Source: Eledone cirrhosa
Lineage: Eukaryota
DNA length: 64,000 nucleotides
NCBI GenBank assembly: GCA_964016885.1
Contig: OZ024744.1
Location: 16,678,001-16,742,000 of the forward strand
Direction: 5' to 3'
Part shown: positions 38,480-52,050 of the stretch, one piece after another
Numbering within the stretch: position 1 is the stretch's first letter
Layout: every line of letters begins with the position of its first letter
Notes under the pieces: generated by a model
What the model was told of the DNA's origin: nothing
Seen by the model: only the letters and a program-made list of their open reading frames with translations
Databases searched by the model: none
Translations under genes and position numbers: made by a program

Positions 38480-40820
38480 ACCTGAAGAATGTGTCCTGTG
38501 TTTACTGTAGTACTGTGTAAAGTGTACTGTTCACCTGAAGAAAGTGTCCTGTGTTTACTGTAGTAACGTGTAAAGTGTACTGTTCACCTGAAGAATGTGT
38601 CCTGTGTTTACTGTAGTACTGTCTAAAGTGTACTGTTCACCTGAACAAAGTGTCCTGTGTTTATTGTAGTAACGTGTAAAGTGTACTGTTCACCTGAAGA
38701 ATGTGTCCTGTGTTTACTGTAGTACTGTGTAAAGTGTACTGTTCACCTGAAGAATGTGTCCTGTGTTTACTGTAGTACTGTGTAAAGTGTACTGTTCACC
38801 TGAAGAAAGTGTCCTGTGTTTATTGTAGTAACGTATAAAGTGTACAGTTCACCTGAAGAATCTGTCCTGTGTTTACTGTAGTACTGTGTAAAGTGTACTG
38901 TTCACCTGAAGAAAGTGTCCTGTGTTTACTGTAGTAACGTGTAAAGTGTACTGTTCACCTGAAGAATGTGTCCTGTGTTTACTGTAGTACTGTGTAAAGT
39001 GTAATGTTCACCTGAAGAATATGTCCTGTGTTTACTGTAGTACTGTGTAAAGTGTACTGTTCATCTGAAGAATATGTCCTGTGTTTACTGTAGTACTGTG
39101 TAAAGTATAATGTTTAGCTGAAGAAAGTGTCCTGTGTTTACTGTAGTACTGTGTAAAGTGTACTGTTCACCTGAAGAATGTGTCCTGTGTTTACTGTGGT
39201 ACAGTGTAAAGTGTACTGTTCACCTGAAGAAAGTGTCCTGTGTTTACTGTAGTAACGTGTAAAGTGTACTGTTCACTTGAAGAATGTGTCCTGTGTTTAC
39301 TGTAGTACTGTGTAAAGTGTACTGTTCACCTGAAGAATGTGTCCTGTGTTTACTGTAGTACTGTGTAAAGTGTACTGTTCAGCTGAAGAATGTGTCCTGT
39401 GTTTACTGTAGTACTGTGTAAAGTGTAATGTTCACCTGAAGAATGTGTCCTGTGTTGACTGTAGTACTGTGTAAAGTGTATTGTTCACATGAAGAATGTG
39501 TCCTGTGTTTACTGTAGTACTGTGTAAAGTGTACTGTTCACCTGACGAATGTGTCCTGTGTTTACTGTAGTACAGTGTAACGTGTACTGTTCAGCTGAAG
39601 AATGTGTCCTGTGTTTAATGTAGTACTGTGTAAAGTGTACTGTTCACCTGAAGAATGTGTCCTGTGTTTACTGTAGTACTGTGTAAAGTGTACTGTTCAC
39701 CTGAAGAAAGTGTCCTGTGTTTACTGTAGTAACGTGTAAAGTGTACTGTTCACCTGAAGAATGTGTCCTGTGTTTACTGTAGTACTGTCTAAAGTGTACT
39801 GTTCACCTGAACAAAGTGTCCTGTGTTTATTGTAGTAACGTGTAAAGTGTACTGTTCACCTGAAGAATGTGTCCTGTGTTTACTGTAGTACTGTGTAAAG
39901 TGTACTGTTCACCTGAAGAATGTGTCCTGTGTTTACTGTAGTACTGTGTAAAGTGTACTGTTCACCTGAAGAAAGTGTCCTGTGTTTATTGTAGTAACGT
40001 ATAAAGTGTACAGTTCACCTGAAGAATCTGTCCTGTGTTTACTGTAGTACTGTGTAAAGTGTACTGTTCACCTGAAGAAAGTGTCCTGTGTTTACTGTAG
40101 TAACGTGTAAACTGTACTGTTCACCTGAAGAATGTGTCCTGTGTTTACTGTAGTACTGTGTAAAGTGTAATGTTCACCTGAAGAATATGTCCTGTGTTTA
40201 CTGTAGTACTGTGTAAAGTGTACTGTTCATCTGAAGAATATGTCCTGTGTTTACTGTAGTACTGTGTAAAGTATAATGTTTAGCTGAAGAAAGTGTCCTG
40301 TGTTTACTGTAGTACTGTGTAAAGTGTACTGTTCACCTGAAGAATGTGTCCTGTGTTTACTGTGGTACAGTGTAAAGTGTACTGTTCACCTGAAGAAAGT
40401 GTCCTGTGTTTACTGTAGTAACGTGTAAAGTGTACTGTTCACTTGAAGAATGTGTCCTGTGTTTACTGTAGTACTGTGTAAAGTGTACTGTTCACCTGAA
40501 GAATGTGTCCTGTGTTTACTGTAGTACTGTGTAAAGTGTACTGTTCAGCTGAAGAATGTGTCCTGTGTTTACTGTAGTACTGTGTAAAGTGTACTGTTCA
40601 CCTGAAGAATGTGTCCTGTGTTGACTGTAGTACTGTGTAAAGTGTATTGTTCACATGAAGAATGTGTCCTGTGTTTACTGTAGTACTGTGTAAAGTGTAC
40701 TGTTCACCTGACGAATGTGTCCTGTGTTTACTGTAGTACAGTGTAACGTGTACTGTTCAGCTGAAGAATGTGTCCTGTGTTTAATGTAGTACTGTGTAAA
40801 GTGTACTGTTCACCTGAAGA
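38480..40820 (+). repeat. Near-perfect tandem duplication of 22 monomers (1,166 bp)
   Basis: ctgaacaaag occurs at 38641 and 39807, and acgtataaag at 38831 and 39997. The offset is 1166 = 22x53. Confidence 0.92.
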
Positions 40821-43800
40821 ACGTGTCCAGTGTTTTCTGTAGTACTGCGTAAAGTGTACTGTTCACCTGAAGAATGTGTCCTGTGTTTACTGTAGTACTG
40901 TGTAAAGTGTAATTTTCACCTGAAGAATGTGTCCTGTGTTTTCTGTAGTACTGCGTAAAGTGTACTGTTCACCTGAAGAATGTGTTCTGTGTTTACTGTG
41001 GTACTGTGTAAAGTGTACTGTTCACCTGAAGAACGTGTCATGTGTTTACTGTGGTACTGTGTAAAGTGTATTGTTTACATGAAGAATGTGTCCTGTGTTT
41101 ACTGTAGTACTGTGTAAAGTGTACTGTTCACCTGACGAATGTGTCCTGTGTTTACTGTAGTAATGTGTAAAGTGTGCTGTTCAGCTGAAGAATATGTCCT
41201 GTGTTTACTGTGGTACGGTGTAAAGTGTACTGTTCACCTGAAGAATATGTCCCGTGTTTACTGTAGTACTGTGTAAAGTGTACTGTTCACCTGAAGTATG
41301 TGTCCTGTGTTTACTGTAGAACTGTGTAAAGTGTACTGTTCAGCTGAAGAATGTGTCCTGTGTTTACTGTAGTACTGTATAAAGTGTACTGCTCAGCTGA
41401 AGAATGTGTCCTGTGTTTACTGTCGTACTGTGTAAAATGTACTGTTCAGCTGAAAAATGTGTCCTGTGTTTGCTGCAGTACTGTGTAAAGTGTACAGTTC
41501 AGCTGAAGAATGTGTCCTGTGTTTACTGTAGTACTGTGTAAAGTGTACTGTTCACCTGACGAACGTGTCCTGTGTTTATGGTAGTAATGTGTAAAGTGTA
41601 CTGTTCACCTGAAGAATGTGTCCTGTGTTTAATGTAGTACTGTGTAAAGTGTACTGTTCACCTGAAGAATGTGTCCGCTGTTTACTGTAGTACTGTGTAA
41701 AGTGTATTGTTCAGCTGAAGAAAGTGTCCTGTGTTTACTGTAGTACTGTGTAAAGTGTACTGTTCACCTGAAGAATGTGTCCTGTGTTTACTGTCGTACT
41801 GTGTATAGTGTACTGTTCACCTGCAGAAAGTGTCCTGTGTTTACTGTAGTAACGTGTAAAGTGTACTGTTCACCTGAAGAATGTGTCCTGTGTTTACTGT
41901 AGTACTGTGTAAAGTGTACTATTCACCTGAAGAACGTGTCCTGTGTTGACTGTGGTACAGTGTAAAGGGTACTGTTCAGCTGAGGAATGTGTCCTGTGTT
42001 TACTGTAGTACTGTGTAAAGTGTACTGTTCAGTTGAAGAATGTGTCCTGTGTTTACTGTAGTACTGTGTAAAGTGTACTGTTCACCTGAAGAAAGTGCCT
42101 GTGTTGACTGTAGTACTGTGTAAAGTGTACTGTTCAGCTGAGGAATGTGTCCTATGTTTACTATAGTACTCTGTAAAGTGTACTGTTCAGCTGAGGAATG
42201 TGTCCTGTGTTTACTGTAGTACTGTGTAAAGTGTACTATTCACCTGAGGAATGTGTCCTGTGTTTACTGTAGTACTGTGTAAAGTGTACTGTTCACCTGA
42301 AGAAAGTGTCCTGTGTTTATTGTAGTACTGTGTAAAGTGTACTGTTCACCTGAAGAATGTGTCCTGTGTTTACTGTAGTACTGTGTAACGTGTACTGTTC
42401 ACCTGAAGAAAGTGTCCTGTGTTTACTGTAGTAACGTGTAAAGTGTACTGTTCACCTGAAGAATGTGTCCTCTGTTTACTGTAGTACTGTGTAAAGTGTA
42501 CTGTTCACCTGAAGAAAGTGTCCTGTGTTTACTGTAGTAACGTGTAAGGTGTACTGTTCACCTGAAGAATGTGTCCTGTGTTTACTGTAGTACTGTCTAA
42601 AGTGTACTGTTCACCTGAAGAAAGTGTCCTGTGTTTATTGTAGTAACGTGTAAAGTGTACTGTTCACCTGAAGAATGTGTCCTGTGTTTACTGTAGTACT
42701 GTGTAAAGTGTACTGTTCACCTGAAGAATGTGTCCTGTGTTTACTGTAGTACTGTGTAAAGTGTACTGTTCACCTGAAGAAAGTGTCCTGTGTTTATTGT
42801 AGTAACGTGTAAAGTGTACCGTTCACCTGAAGAATGTGTCCTGTGTTTACTGTAGTACTGTGTAAAGTGTACTGTTCACCTGAAGAAAGTGTCCTGTGTT
42901 TACTGTAGTAACGTGTAAAGTGTACTGTTCACCTGAAGAATGTGTCCTGTGTTTACTGTAGTACTGTGTAAAGTGTACTGTTCACCTGAAGAATGTGTCC
43001 TGTGTTTACTGTAGTACTGTGTAAAGTGTACTGTTCACCTGAAGAAAGTGTCCTGTGTTTATTGTAGTAACGTGTAAAGTGTACTGTTCACCTGAAGAAT
43101 GTGTCCTGTGTTTACTGTAGTACTGTCTAAAGTGTACTGTTCACCTGAAGAAAGTGTCCTGTGTTTATTGTAGTAACGTGTAAAGTGTACTGTTCACCTG
43201 AAGAATGTGTCCTGTGTTTACTGTAGTACTGTGTACAGTGTAATGCTCAGCTGAAGAAAGTGTCCTGTGTTTACTGTAGGACTGTGTAAAGTGTACTGTT
43301 CACCTGAAGAATGTGTACTGTGTTTACTGTAGTACTGTGTAAAGTGTACTCTTCACCTGAAGAATGTGTCCTGTGTTTACTGTAGTACTGTGTAAGATGT
43401 ACTGTTCAGCTAACTAATGTTCCTGTGTTTACTGTAGTACCGTGTAAAATGTACTCTTCACCTGAAGAATGTGTCCTGTGTTTGCTGCAGTACTGTGTAA
43501 AGTGTACCGTTCAGCTGAACAATGTGTCCTGTGTTTACTGTAGTACTGGGTAAAGTATACTGTTCACCTGAAGAATGTGTCCTGTGTTTACTGTAGTAAT
43601 GTGTAAAGTGTACTGTTCACCTGACGAATGTGTCCTGTGTTTACTGTAGTACAGTGTAATGTGTACTGTTCAGCTGAAGAATGTGTCCTGTGTTTACTGT
43701 AGTACTGTGTAAAGTGTACTGTTCACCTGAAGAATGTGTCCTGTGTTTAATGTAGTACTCTGTAAAGTGTACTGTTCACCTGAAGAATGTGTCCAGTGTT

Positions 43801-44769
43801 TTCTGTAGTCCTGCGTAAAGTGTACTGTTCACCTGAAGAATGTGTCCTGTGTTTACTGTAGTACTGTGTAAAGTGTAATTTTCACCTGAAGAATGTGTCC
43901 TGTGTTTCTGTAGTACTGCGTAAAGTGTACTGTTCACGTGAAGAATGTGTCCTGTGTTTACTGTGGTACTGTGTAAAGTGTACTGTTCACCTGAAGAACG
44001 TGTCATGTGTTTACTGTGGTACTGTGTAAAGTGTACTGTTCATCTGAAGAATGTGTCCTGTGTTTACTGTAGTAATGTGTAAAGTGTACTGTTCAGCTGA
44101 AGAATGTGTCCTGTGTTTACTGTAGTACTGTGTAAAGTGTACTGTTGAGCTAACTAATGGTTCCTGTGTTTACTGTAGTACTGTGTAAAGTGTACTGCTC
44201 AGCTGAAGAATGTGTCCTGTGTTTACTGTCGTACTGTGTAAAGTGTACTGTTCAGCTGAAAAATGTGTCCTGTGTTTGCTGCAGTACTGTGTAAAGTGTA
44301 CTGTTCAGCTGAAGAATGTGTCCTGTGTTTACTGTAGTACTGTGTAAACTGTACTGTTCACCTGACGAACGTGTCCTGTGTTTATGGTAGTAATGTGTAA
44401 AGTGTACTGTTCACCGGAAGAATGTGTCCTGTGTTTACTCTCGTACTGTGTAGAGTGTACTCTTCAGCTGAAGAAAGTGTCCTGTGTTTGCTGCAGTACT
44501 GTGTAAAGTGTACTGTTCAGCTGAAGAATGTCTCCTGTGTTTACTGTAGTACTGTGTAAAGTGTACTGTTCTCCTGAAGAATATGTCCCGTGTTTACTGT
44601 AGTACTGTGTAAAGTGTACTCTTCACCTGAAGAATGTGTCCTGTGTTTACTGTAGTACTGTGTAAAGTGTACTGTTCACCTGAAGAATGTGTCCTGTGTC
44701 TACTGTAGTACTGTGTAAAGTATAATGCACAGCTGAAGAAAGTGTCCTGTGTTTACTGTAGTACTGTGT

Positions 44770-47700
44770 AAAATTTACTGTTCACCTGAAGAATGTGTAC
44801 TGTGTTTACGGTAGTACTGTGTAAAGTGTACTCTTCACCTGAAGAATGTGTCCTGTGTTTACTGTAGTACTCTGTAAAGTGTACTGTTCACCTGAAGAAT
44901 GTATCCTGTGTTTACTGTTTTACTGTGGTACTGTGTAAAGCGTATTGTTCAGCTGAAGGATGTGTCCTGTGTTTACTGTAGTATTGTGTAAAGTGTACTG
45001 TTCACCTGAAGAATGTGTCCTGTGTTTACTGTCGTACTGTGTAAAGTGTACTCTTCACCTGAAGAATGTGTCCTGTGTTTACTGCAGTACTGTGTAAAGT
45101 GTACTGTTCACCTGACGAATGTGTCCTGTGTTTACTGTAGTACTGTGTAATGTGTACTGTTCAGCTGAAGAATGTGTCCTGTGTTTACTGTAGTACTGTG
45201 TAAAGTGTACTCTTCACCTGAATAATGTGTCCTGTGTTTACTGTAGTAATGTGTAAAGTGTACAGTTAACCTGAAGAATGTGTCCTGTGTTTACTGTGGT
45301 ACTGTGTAAAGTGTACTGTTCACCTGAAGAATGTGTCCTGTGTTTACTGTAGTAATGTGTAAAGTGTACTGTTCACCTGAAGAATATGTCCTGTGTTTAC
45401 TGTAGTACTGTGTAAAGTGTACTGTTCATCTGAAGAATATGTCCTGTATTTACTGTAGTACTGTGTAAAGTATAATGTTTAGCTGAAGAAAGTGTCCTGT
45501 GTTTACTGTAGTACTGTGTAAAGTGTACTGTTCACCTGAAGAATGTGTCCTGTGTTTACTGTGGTACTGTGTAAAGTGTACTGTTAACCTGAAGAAAGTG
45601 TCCTGTGTTTACTGTAGTAACGTGTAAAGTGTACTGTTCACCTGAAGAATGTGTCCTGTGTTTACTGTAGTACTGCGTAAAGTGTACTGTTCACATGAAG
45701 AATGTGTCCTCTGTTTACTGTAGTACTGTGTAAAGTGTACTGTTCACCTGAAGAATGTGTCCTGTGATTACTGTGGTACTGTGTAAAGTGTACTGTTCAC
45801 CTGAAGAACGTGTCATGTGTTTACTGTGGTACTGTGTAAAGTGTACTGTTCACCTGAAGAATGTGTCCTGTGTTTACTGTAGTAATGTGTAAAGTGTACA
45901 GTTAACCTGAAGAATGTGTCCTGTGTTTACTGTGGTACTGTGTAAAGTGTACTGTTCACCTGAAGAATGTGTCCTGTGTTTACTGTAGTAATGTGTAAAG
46001 TGTACTGTTCACCTGAAGAATATGTCCTGTGTTTACTGTAGTACTGTGTAAAGTGTACTGTTCAGCTGAAGAATGTGTCCTGTGTTTAATGTAGTACTCT
46101 GTAAAGTGTACTGTTCACCTGAAGAATGTGTCCAGTGTTTTCTGTAGTACTGCGTAAAGTGTACTGTTCACCTGAAGAATGTGTCCTGTGTTTACTGTAG
46201 TACTGTGTAAAGTGTACTTTTCACCTGAAGAATGTGTCCTGTGTTTTCTGTAGTACTGCGTAAAGTGTACTGTTCACCTGAAGAATGTGTCCTGTGTTTA
46301 CTGTGGTACTGTGTAAAGTGTACTGTTCACCTGAAGAACGTGTCATGTGTTTACTGTGGTACTGTGTAAAGTGTACTGTTCATCTGAAGAATGTGTCCTG
46401 TGTTTACTGTAGTAATGTGTAAAGTGTGCTGTTCAGCTGAAGAATATGTCCTGTGTTTACTGTGGTACGGTGTAAAGTGTACTGTTCACCTGAAGAATAT
46501 GTCCCGTGTTTACTGTAGTACTGTGTAAAGTGTACTGTTCACCTGAAGAATGTGTCCTGTGTTTACTGTAGAACTGTGTAAAGTGTACTGTTCAGCTGAA
46601 GAATGTGTCCTGTGTTTACTGTAGTACTGTGTAAAGTGTACTGTTCAGCTGAAGAATGTCTCCTGTGTCTACTGTAGTACTGTGTAAAGTGTACTGTTCA
46701 CCTGAAGAATGTCTCCTGTGTCTACTGTAGTACTGTGTAAAGTATAATGGACAGCTGAAGAAAGTGTCCTGTGTTTACTGTAGTACTGTGTAAAATTTAC
46801 TGTTCACCTGAAGAATGTGTCCTGTGTTTACGGTAGTACTGTGTAAAGTGTACTCTTCACCTGAAGAATGTGTCCTGTGTTTACTGTAGTACTGTGTAAA
46901 GTGTACTGTTCACCTGAAGAATGTGTACTGTGTTGACTGTAGTACTGTGTATAGTGTACTGTTCACCTGCAGAAAGTGTCCTGTGTTTACTGTAGTAACG
47001 TGTAAAGTGTACTGTTCACCTGAAGAATATGTCCTGTGTTTACTGTAGTACTGTGTAAAGTGTACTGTTCACCTGAAGAATGTGTCCTGTGTTGACTGTG
47101 GTACAGTGTAAAGGGTACTGTTCAGCTGAGGAATGTGTCCTGTGTTTACTGTAGTACTGTGTTAAGTGTACTGTTCAGCTGAAGAATGTGTCCTGTGTTT
47201 ACTGTAGTACTGTGTAAAGTGTACTGTTCACCTGAAGAAAGTGCCTGTGTTGACTGTAGTACTGTGTAAAGTGTACTGTTCAGCTGAGGAATGTGTCCTG
47301 TGTTTACTGTAGTACTGTGTAAAATTTACTGTTCACCTGAAGAATGTGTACTGTGTTTACGGTAGTACTGTGTAAAGTGTACTCTTCACCTGAAGAATGT
47401 GTCCTGTGTTTACTGTAGTACTCTGTAAAGTGTACTGTTCACCTGAAGAATGTATCCTGTGTTTACTGTTTTACTGTGGTACTGTGTAAAGCGTATTGTT
47501 CAGCTGAAGGATGTGTCCTGTGTTTACTGTAGTATTGTGTAAAGTGTACTGTTCACCTGAAGAATGTGTCCTGTGTTTACTGTCGTACTGTGTAAAGTGT
47601 ACTCTTCACCTGAAGAATGTGTCCTGTGTTTACTGCAGTACTGTGTAAAGTGTACTGTTCACCTGACGAATGTGTCCTGTGTTTACTGTAGTACTGTGTA

Positions 47701-50700
47701 ATGTGTACTGTTCAGCTGAAGAATGTGTCCTGTGTTTACTGTAGTACTGTGTAAAGTGTACTGTTCACATGAAGAATGTGTCCTGTGTTTACTGTAGTAA
47801 CGTGTAAAGTGTACTGTTCACCTGAAGAATGTGTCCTGTGTTTACTGTAGTACTGCGTAAAGTGTACTGTTCACATGAAGAATGTGTCCTCTGTTTACTG
47901 TAGTACTGTGTAAAGTGTACTGTTCACCTGAAGAATGTGTCCTGTGATTACTGTGGTACTGTGTAAAGTGTACTGTTCACCTGAAGAACGTGTCATGTGT
48001 TTACTGTGGTACTGTGTAAAGTGTACTGTTCACCTGAAGAATGTGTCCTGTGTTTACTGTAGTAATGTGTAAAGTGTACAGTTAACCTGAAGAATGTGTC
48101 CTGTGTTTACTGTGGTACTGTGTAAAGTGTACTGTTCACCTGAAGAATGTGTCCTGTGTTTACTGTAGTAATGTGTAAAGTGTACTGTTCACCTGAAGAA
48201 TATGTCCTGTGTTTACTGTAGTACTGTGTAAAGTGTACTGTTCAGCTGAAGAATGTGTCCTGTGTTTAATGTAGTACTCTGTAAAGTGTACTGTTCACCT
48301 GAAGAATGTGTCCAGTGTTTTCTGTAGTACTGCGTAAAGTGTACTGTTCACCTGAAGAATGTGTCCTGTGTTTACTGTAGTACTGTGTAAAGTGTACTTT
48401 TCACCTGAAGAATGTGTCCTGTGTTTTCTGTAGTACTGCGTAAAGTGTACTGTTCACCTGAAGAATGTGTCCTGTGTTTACTGTGGTACTGTGTAAAGTG
48501 TACTGTTCACCTGAAGAACGTGTCATGTGTTTACTGTGGTACTGTGTAAAGTGTACTGTTCATCTGAAGAATGTGTCCTGTGTTTACTGTAGTAATGTGT
48601 AAAGTGTGCTGTTCAGCTGAAGAATATGTCCTGTGTTTACTGTGGTACGGTGTAAAGTGTACTGTTCACCTGAAGAATATGTCCCGTGTTTACTGTAGTA
48701 CTGTGTAAAGTGTACTGTTCACCTGAAGAATGTGTCCTGTGTTTACTGTAGAACTGTGTAAAGTGTACTGTTCAGCTGAAGAATGTGTCCTGTGTTTACT
48801 GTAGTACTGTGTAAAGTGTACTGTTCAGCTGAAGAATGTCTCCTGTGTCTACTGTAGTACTGTGTAAAGTGTACTGTTCACCTGAAGAATGTCTCCTGTG
48901 TCTACTGTAGTACTGTGTAAAGTATAATGGACAGCTGAAGAAAGTGTCCTGTGTTTACTGTAGTACTGTGTAAAATTTACTGTTCACCTGAAGAATGTGT
49001 CCTGTGTTTACGGTAGTACTGTGTAAAGTGTACTCTTCACCTGAAGAATGTGTCCTGTGTTTACTGTAGTACTGTGTAAAGTGTACTGTTCACCTGAAGA
49101 ATGTGTACTGTGTTGACTGTAGTACTGTGTATAGTGTACTGTTCACCTGCAGAAAGTGTCCTGTGTTTACTGTAGTAACGTGTAAAGTGTACTGTTCACC
49201 TGAAGAATATGTCCTGTGTTTACTGTAGTACTGTGTAAAGTGTACTGTTCACCTGAAGAATGTGTCCTGTGTTGACTGTGGTACAGTGTAAAGGGTACTG
49301 TTCAGCTGAGGAATGTGTCCTGTGTTTACTGTAGTACTGTGTTAAGTGTACTGTTCAGCTGAAGAATGTGTCCTGTGTTTACTGTAGTACTGTGTAAAGT
49401 GTACTGTTCACCTGAAGAAAGTGCCTGTGTTGACTGTAGTACTGTGTAAAGTGTACTGTTCAGCTGAGGAATGTGTCCTGTGTTTACTGTAGTACTGTGT
49501 AAAATTTACTGTTCACCTGAAGAATGTGTACTGTGTTTACGGTAGTACTGTGTAAAGTGTACTCTTCACCTGAAGAATGTGTCCTGTGTTTACTGTAGTA
49601 CTCTGTAAAGTGTACTGTTCACCTGAAGAATGTATCCTGTGTTTACTGTTTTACTGTGGTACTGTGTAAAGCGTATTGTTCAGCTGAAGGATGTGTCCTG
49701 TGTTTACTGTAGTATTGTGTAAAGTGTACTGTTCACCTGAAGAATGTGTCCTGTGTTTACTGTCGTACTGTGTAAAGTGTACTCTTCACCTGAAGAATGT
49801 GTCCTGTGTTTACTGCAGTACTGTGTAAAGTGTACTGTTCACCTGACGAATGTGTCCTGTGTTTACTGTAGTACTGTGTAATGTGTACTGTTCAGCTGAA
49901 GAATGTGTCCTGTGTTTACTGTAGTACTGTGTAAAGTGTACTCTTCACCTGAATAATGTGTCCTGTGTTTACTGTAGTAATGTGTAAAGTGTACAATTAA
50001 CCTGAAGAATGTGTCCTGTGTTTACTGTGGTACTGTGTAAAGTGTACTGTTCACCTGAAGAATGTGTCCTGTGTTTACTGTAGTAATGTGTAAAGTGTAC
50101 TGTTCACCTGAAGAATATGTCCTGTGTTTACTGTAGTACTGTGTAAAGTGTACTGTTCATCTGAAGAATATGTCCTGTATTTACTGTAGTACTGTGTAAA
50201 GTATAATGTTTAGCTGAAGAAAGTGTCCTGTGTTTACTGTAGTACTGTGTAAAGTGTACTGTTCACCTGAAGAATGTGTCCTGTGTTTACTGTGGTACTG
50301 TGTAAAGTGTACTGTTAACCTGAAGAAAGTGTCCTGTGTTTACTGTAGTAACGTGTAAAGTGTACTGTTCACCTGAAGAATGTGTCCTGTGTTTACTGTA
50401 GTACTGCGTAAAGTGTACTGTTCACATGAAGAATGTGTCCTCTGTTTACTGTAGTACTGTGTAAAGTGTACTGTTCACCTGAAGAATGTGTCCTGTGATT
50501 ACTGTGGTACTGTGTAAAGTGTACTGTTCACCTGAAGAACGTGTCATGTGTTTACTGTGGTACTGTGTAAAGTGTACTGTTCACCTGAAGAATGTGTCCT
50601 GTGTTTACTGTAGTAATGTGTAAAGTGTACAGTTAACCTGAAGAATGTGTCCTGTGTTTACTGTGGTACTGTGTAAAGTGTACTGTTCACCTGAAGAATG

Positions 50701-52050
50701 TGTCCTGTGTTTACTGTAGTAATGTGTAAAGTGTACTGTTCACCTGAAGAATATGTCCTGTGTTTACTGTAGTACTGTGTAAAGTGTACTGTTCAGCTGA
50801 AGAATGTGTCCTGTGTTTAATGTAGTACTCTGTAAAGTGTACTGTTCACCTGAAGAATGTGTCCAGTGTTTTCTGTAGTACTGCGTAAAGTGTACTGTTC
50901 ACCTGAAGAATGTGTCCTGTGTTTACTGTAGTACTGTGTAAAGTGTACTTTTCACCTGAAGAATGTGTCCTGTGTTTTCTGTAGTACTGCGTAAAGTGTA
51001 CTGTTCACCTGAAGAATGTGTCCTGTGTTTACTGTGGTACTGTTTAAAGTGTACTGTTCACCTGAAGAACGTGTCATGTGTTTACTGTGGTACTGTGTAA
51101 AGTGTACTGTTCATCTGAAGAATGTGTCCTGTGTTTACTGTAGTAATGTGTAAAGTGTGCTGTTCAGCTGAAGAATATGTCCTGTGTTTACTGTGGTACG
51201 GTGTAAAGTGTACTGTTCACCTGAAGAATATGTCCCGTGTTTACTGTAGTACTGTGTAAAGTGTACTGTTCACCTGAAGAATGTGTCCTGTGTTTACTGT
51301 AGAACTGTGTAAAGTGTACTGTTCAGCTGAAGAATGTGTCCTGTGTTTACTGTAGTACTGTGTAAAGTGTACTGTTCAGCTGAAGAATGTCTCCTGTGTC
51401 TACTGTAGTACTGTGTAAAGTGTACTGTTCACCTGAAGAATGTCTCCTGTGTCTACTGTAGTACTGTGTAAAGTATAATGGACAGCTGAAGAAAGTGTCC
51501 TGTGTTTACTGTAGTACTGTGTAAAATTTACTGTTCACCTGAAGAATGTGTCCTGTGTTTACGGTAGTACTGTGTAAAGTGTACTCTTCACCTGAAGAAT
51601 GTGTCCTGTGTTTACTGTAGTACTGTGTAAAGTGTACTGTTCACCTGAAGAATGTGTACTGTGTTGACTGTAGTACTGTGTATAGTGTACTGTTCACCTG
51701 CAGAAAGTGTCCTGTGTTTACTGTAGTAACGTGTAAAGTGTACTGTTCACCTGAAGAATATGTCCTGTGTTTACTGTAGTACTGTGTAAAGTGTACTGTT
51801 CACCTGAAGAATGTGTCCTGTGTTGACTGTGGTACAGTGTAAAGGGTACTGTTCAGCTGAGGAATGTGTCCTGTGTTTACTGTAGTACTGTGTTAAGTGT
51901 ACTGTTCAGCTGAAGAATGTGTCCTGTGTTTACTGTAGTACTGTGTAAAGTGTACTGTTCACCTGAAGAAAGTGCCTGTGTTGACTGTAGTACTGTGTAA
52001 AGTGTACTGTTCAGCTGAGGAATGTGTCCTGTGTTTACTGTAGTACTGTG
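44770..52050 (+). repeat. Higher-order triplication with units of 48, 41 and 48 monomers (2,551, 2,180 and 2,551 bp)
   Basis: Private marker gtattgtgt occurs at 44981, 47532 and 49712. ataatggacag occurs at about 46744, 48924 and 51475. Confidence 0.92.

Noticed and set aside
43776-44006. 76-aa minus-strand ORF
   Set aside because: It is a translation of about 4 satellite monomers. The ATG comes from the gtcatg variant, and the frame is prolonged by a singleton 1-bp deletion near 43905, which may be a sequencing error. There is no gene context.
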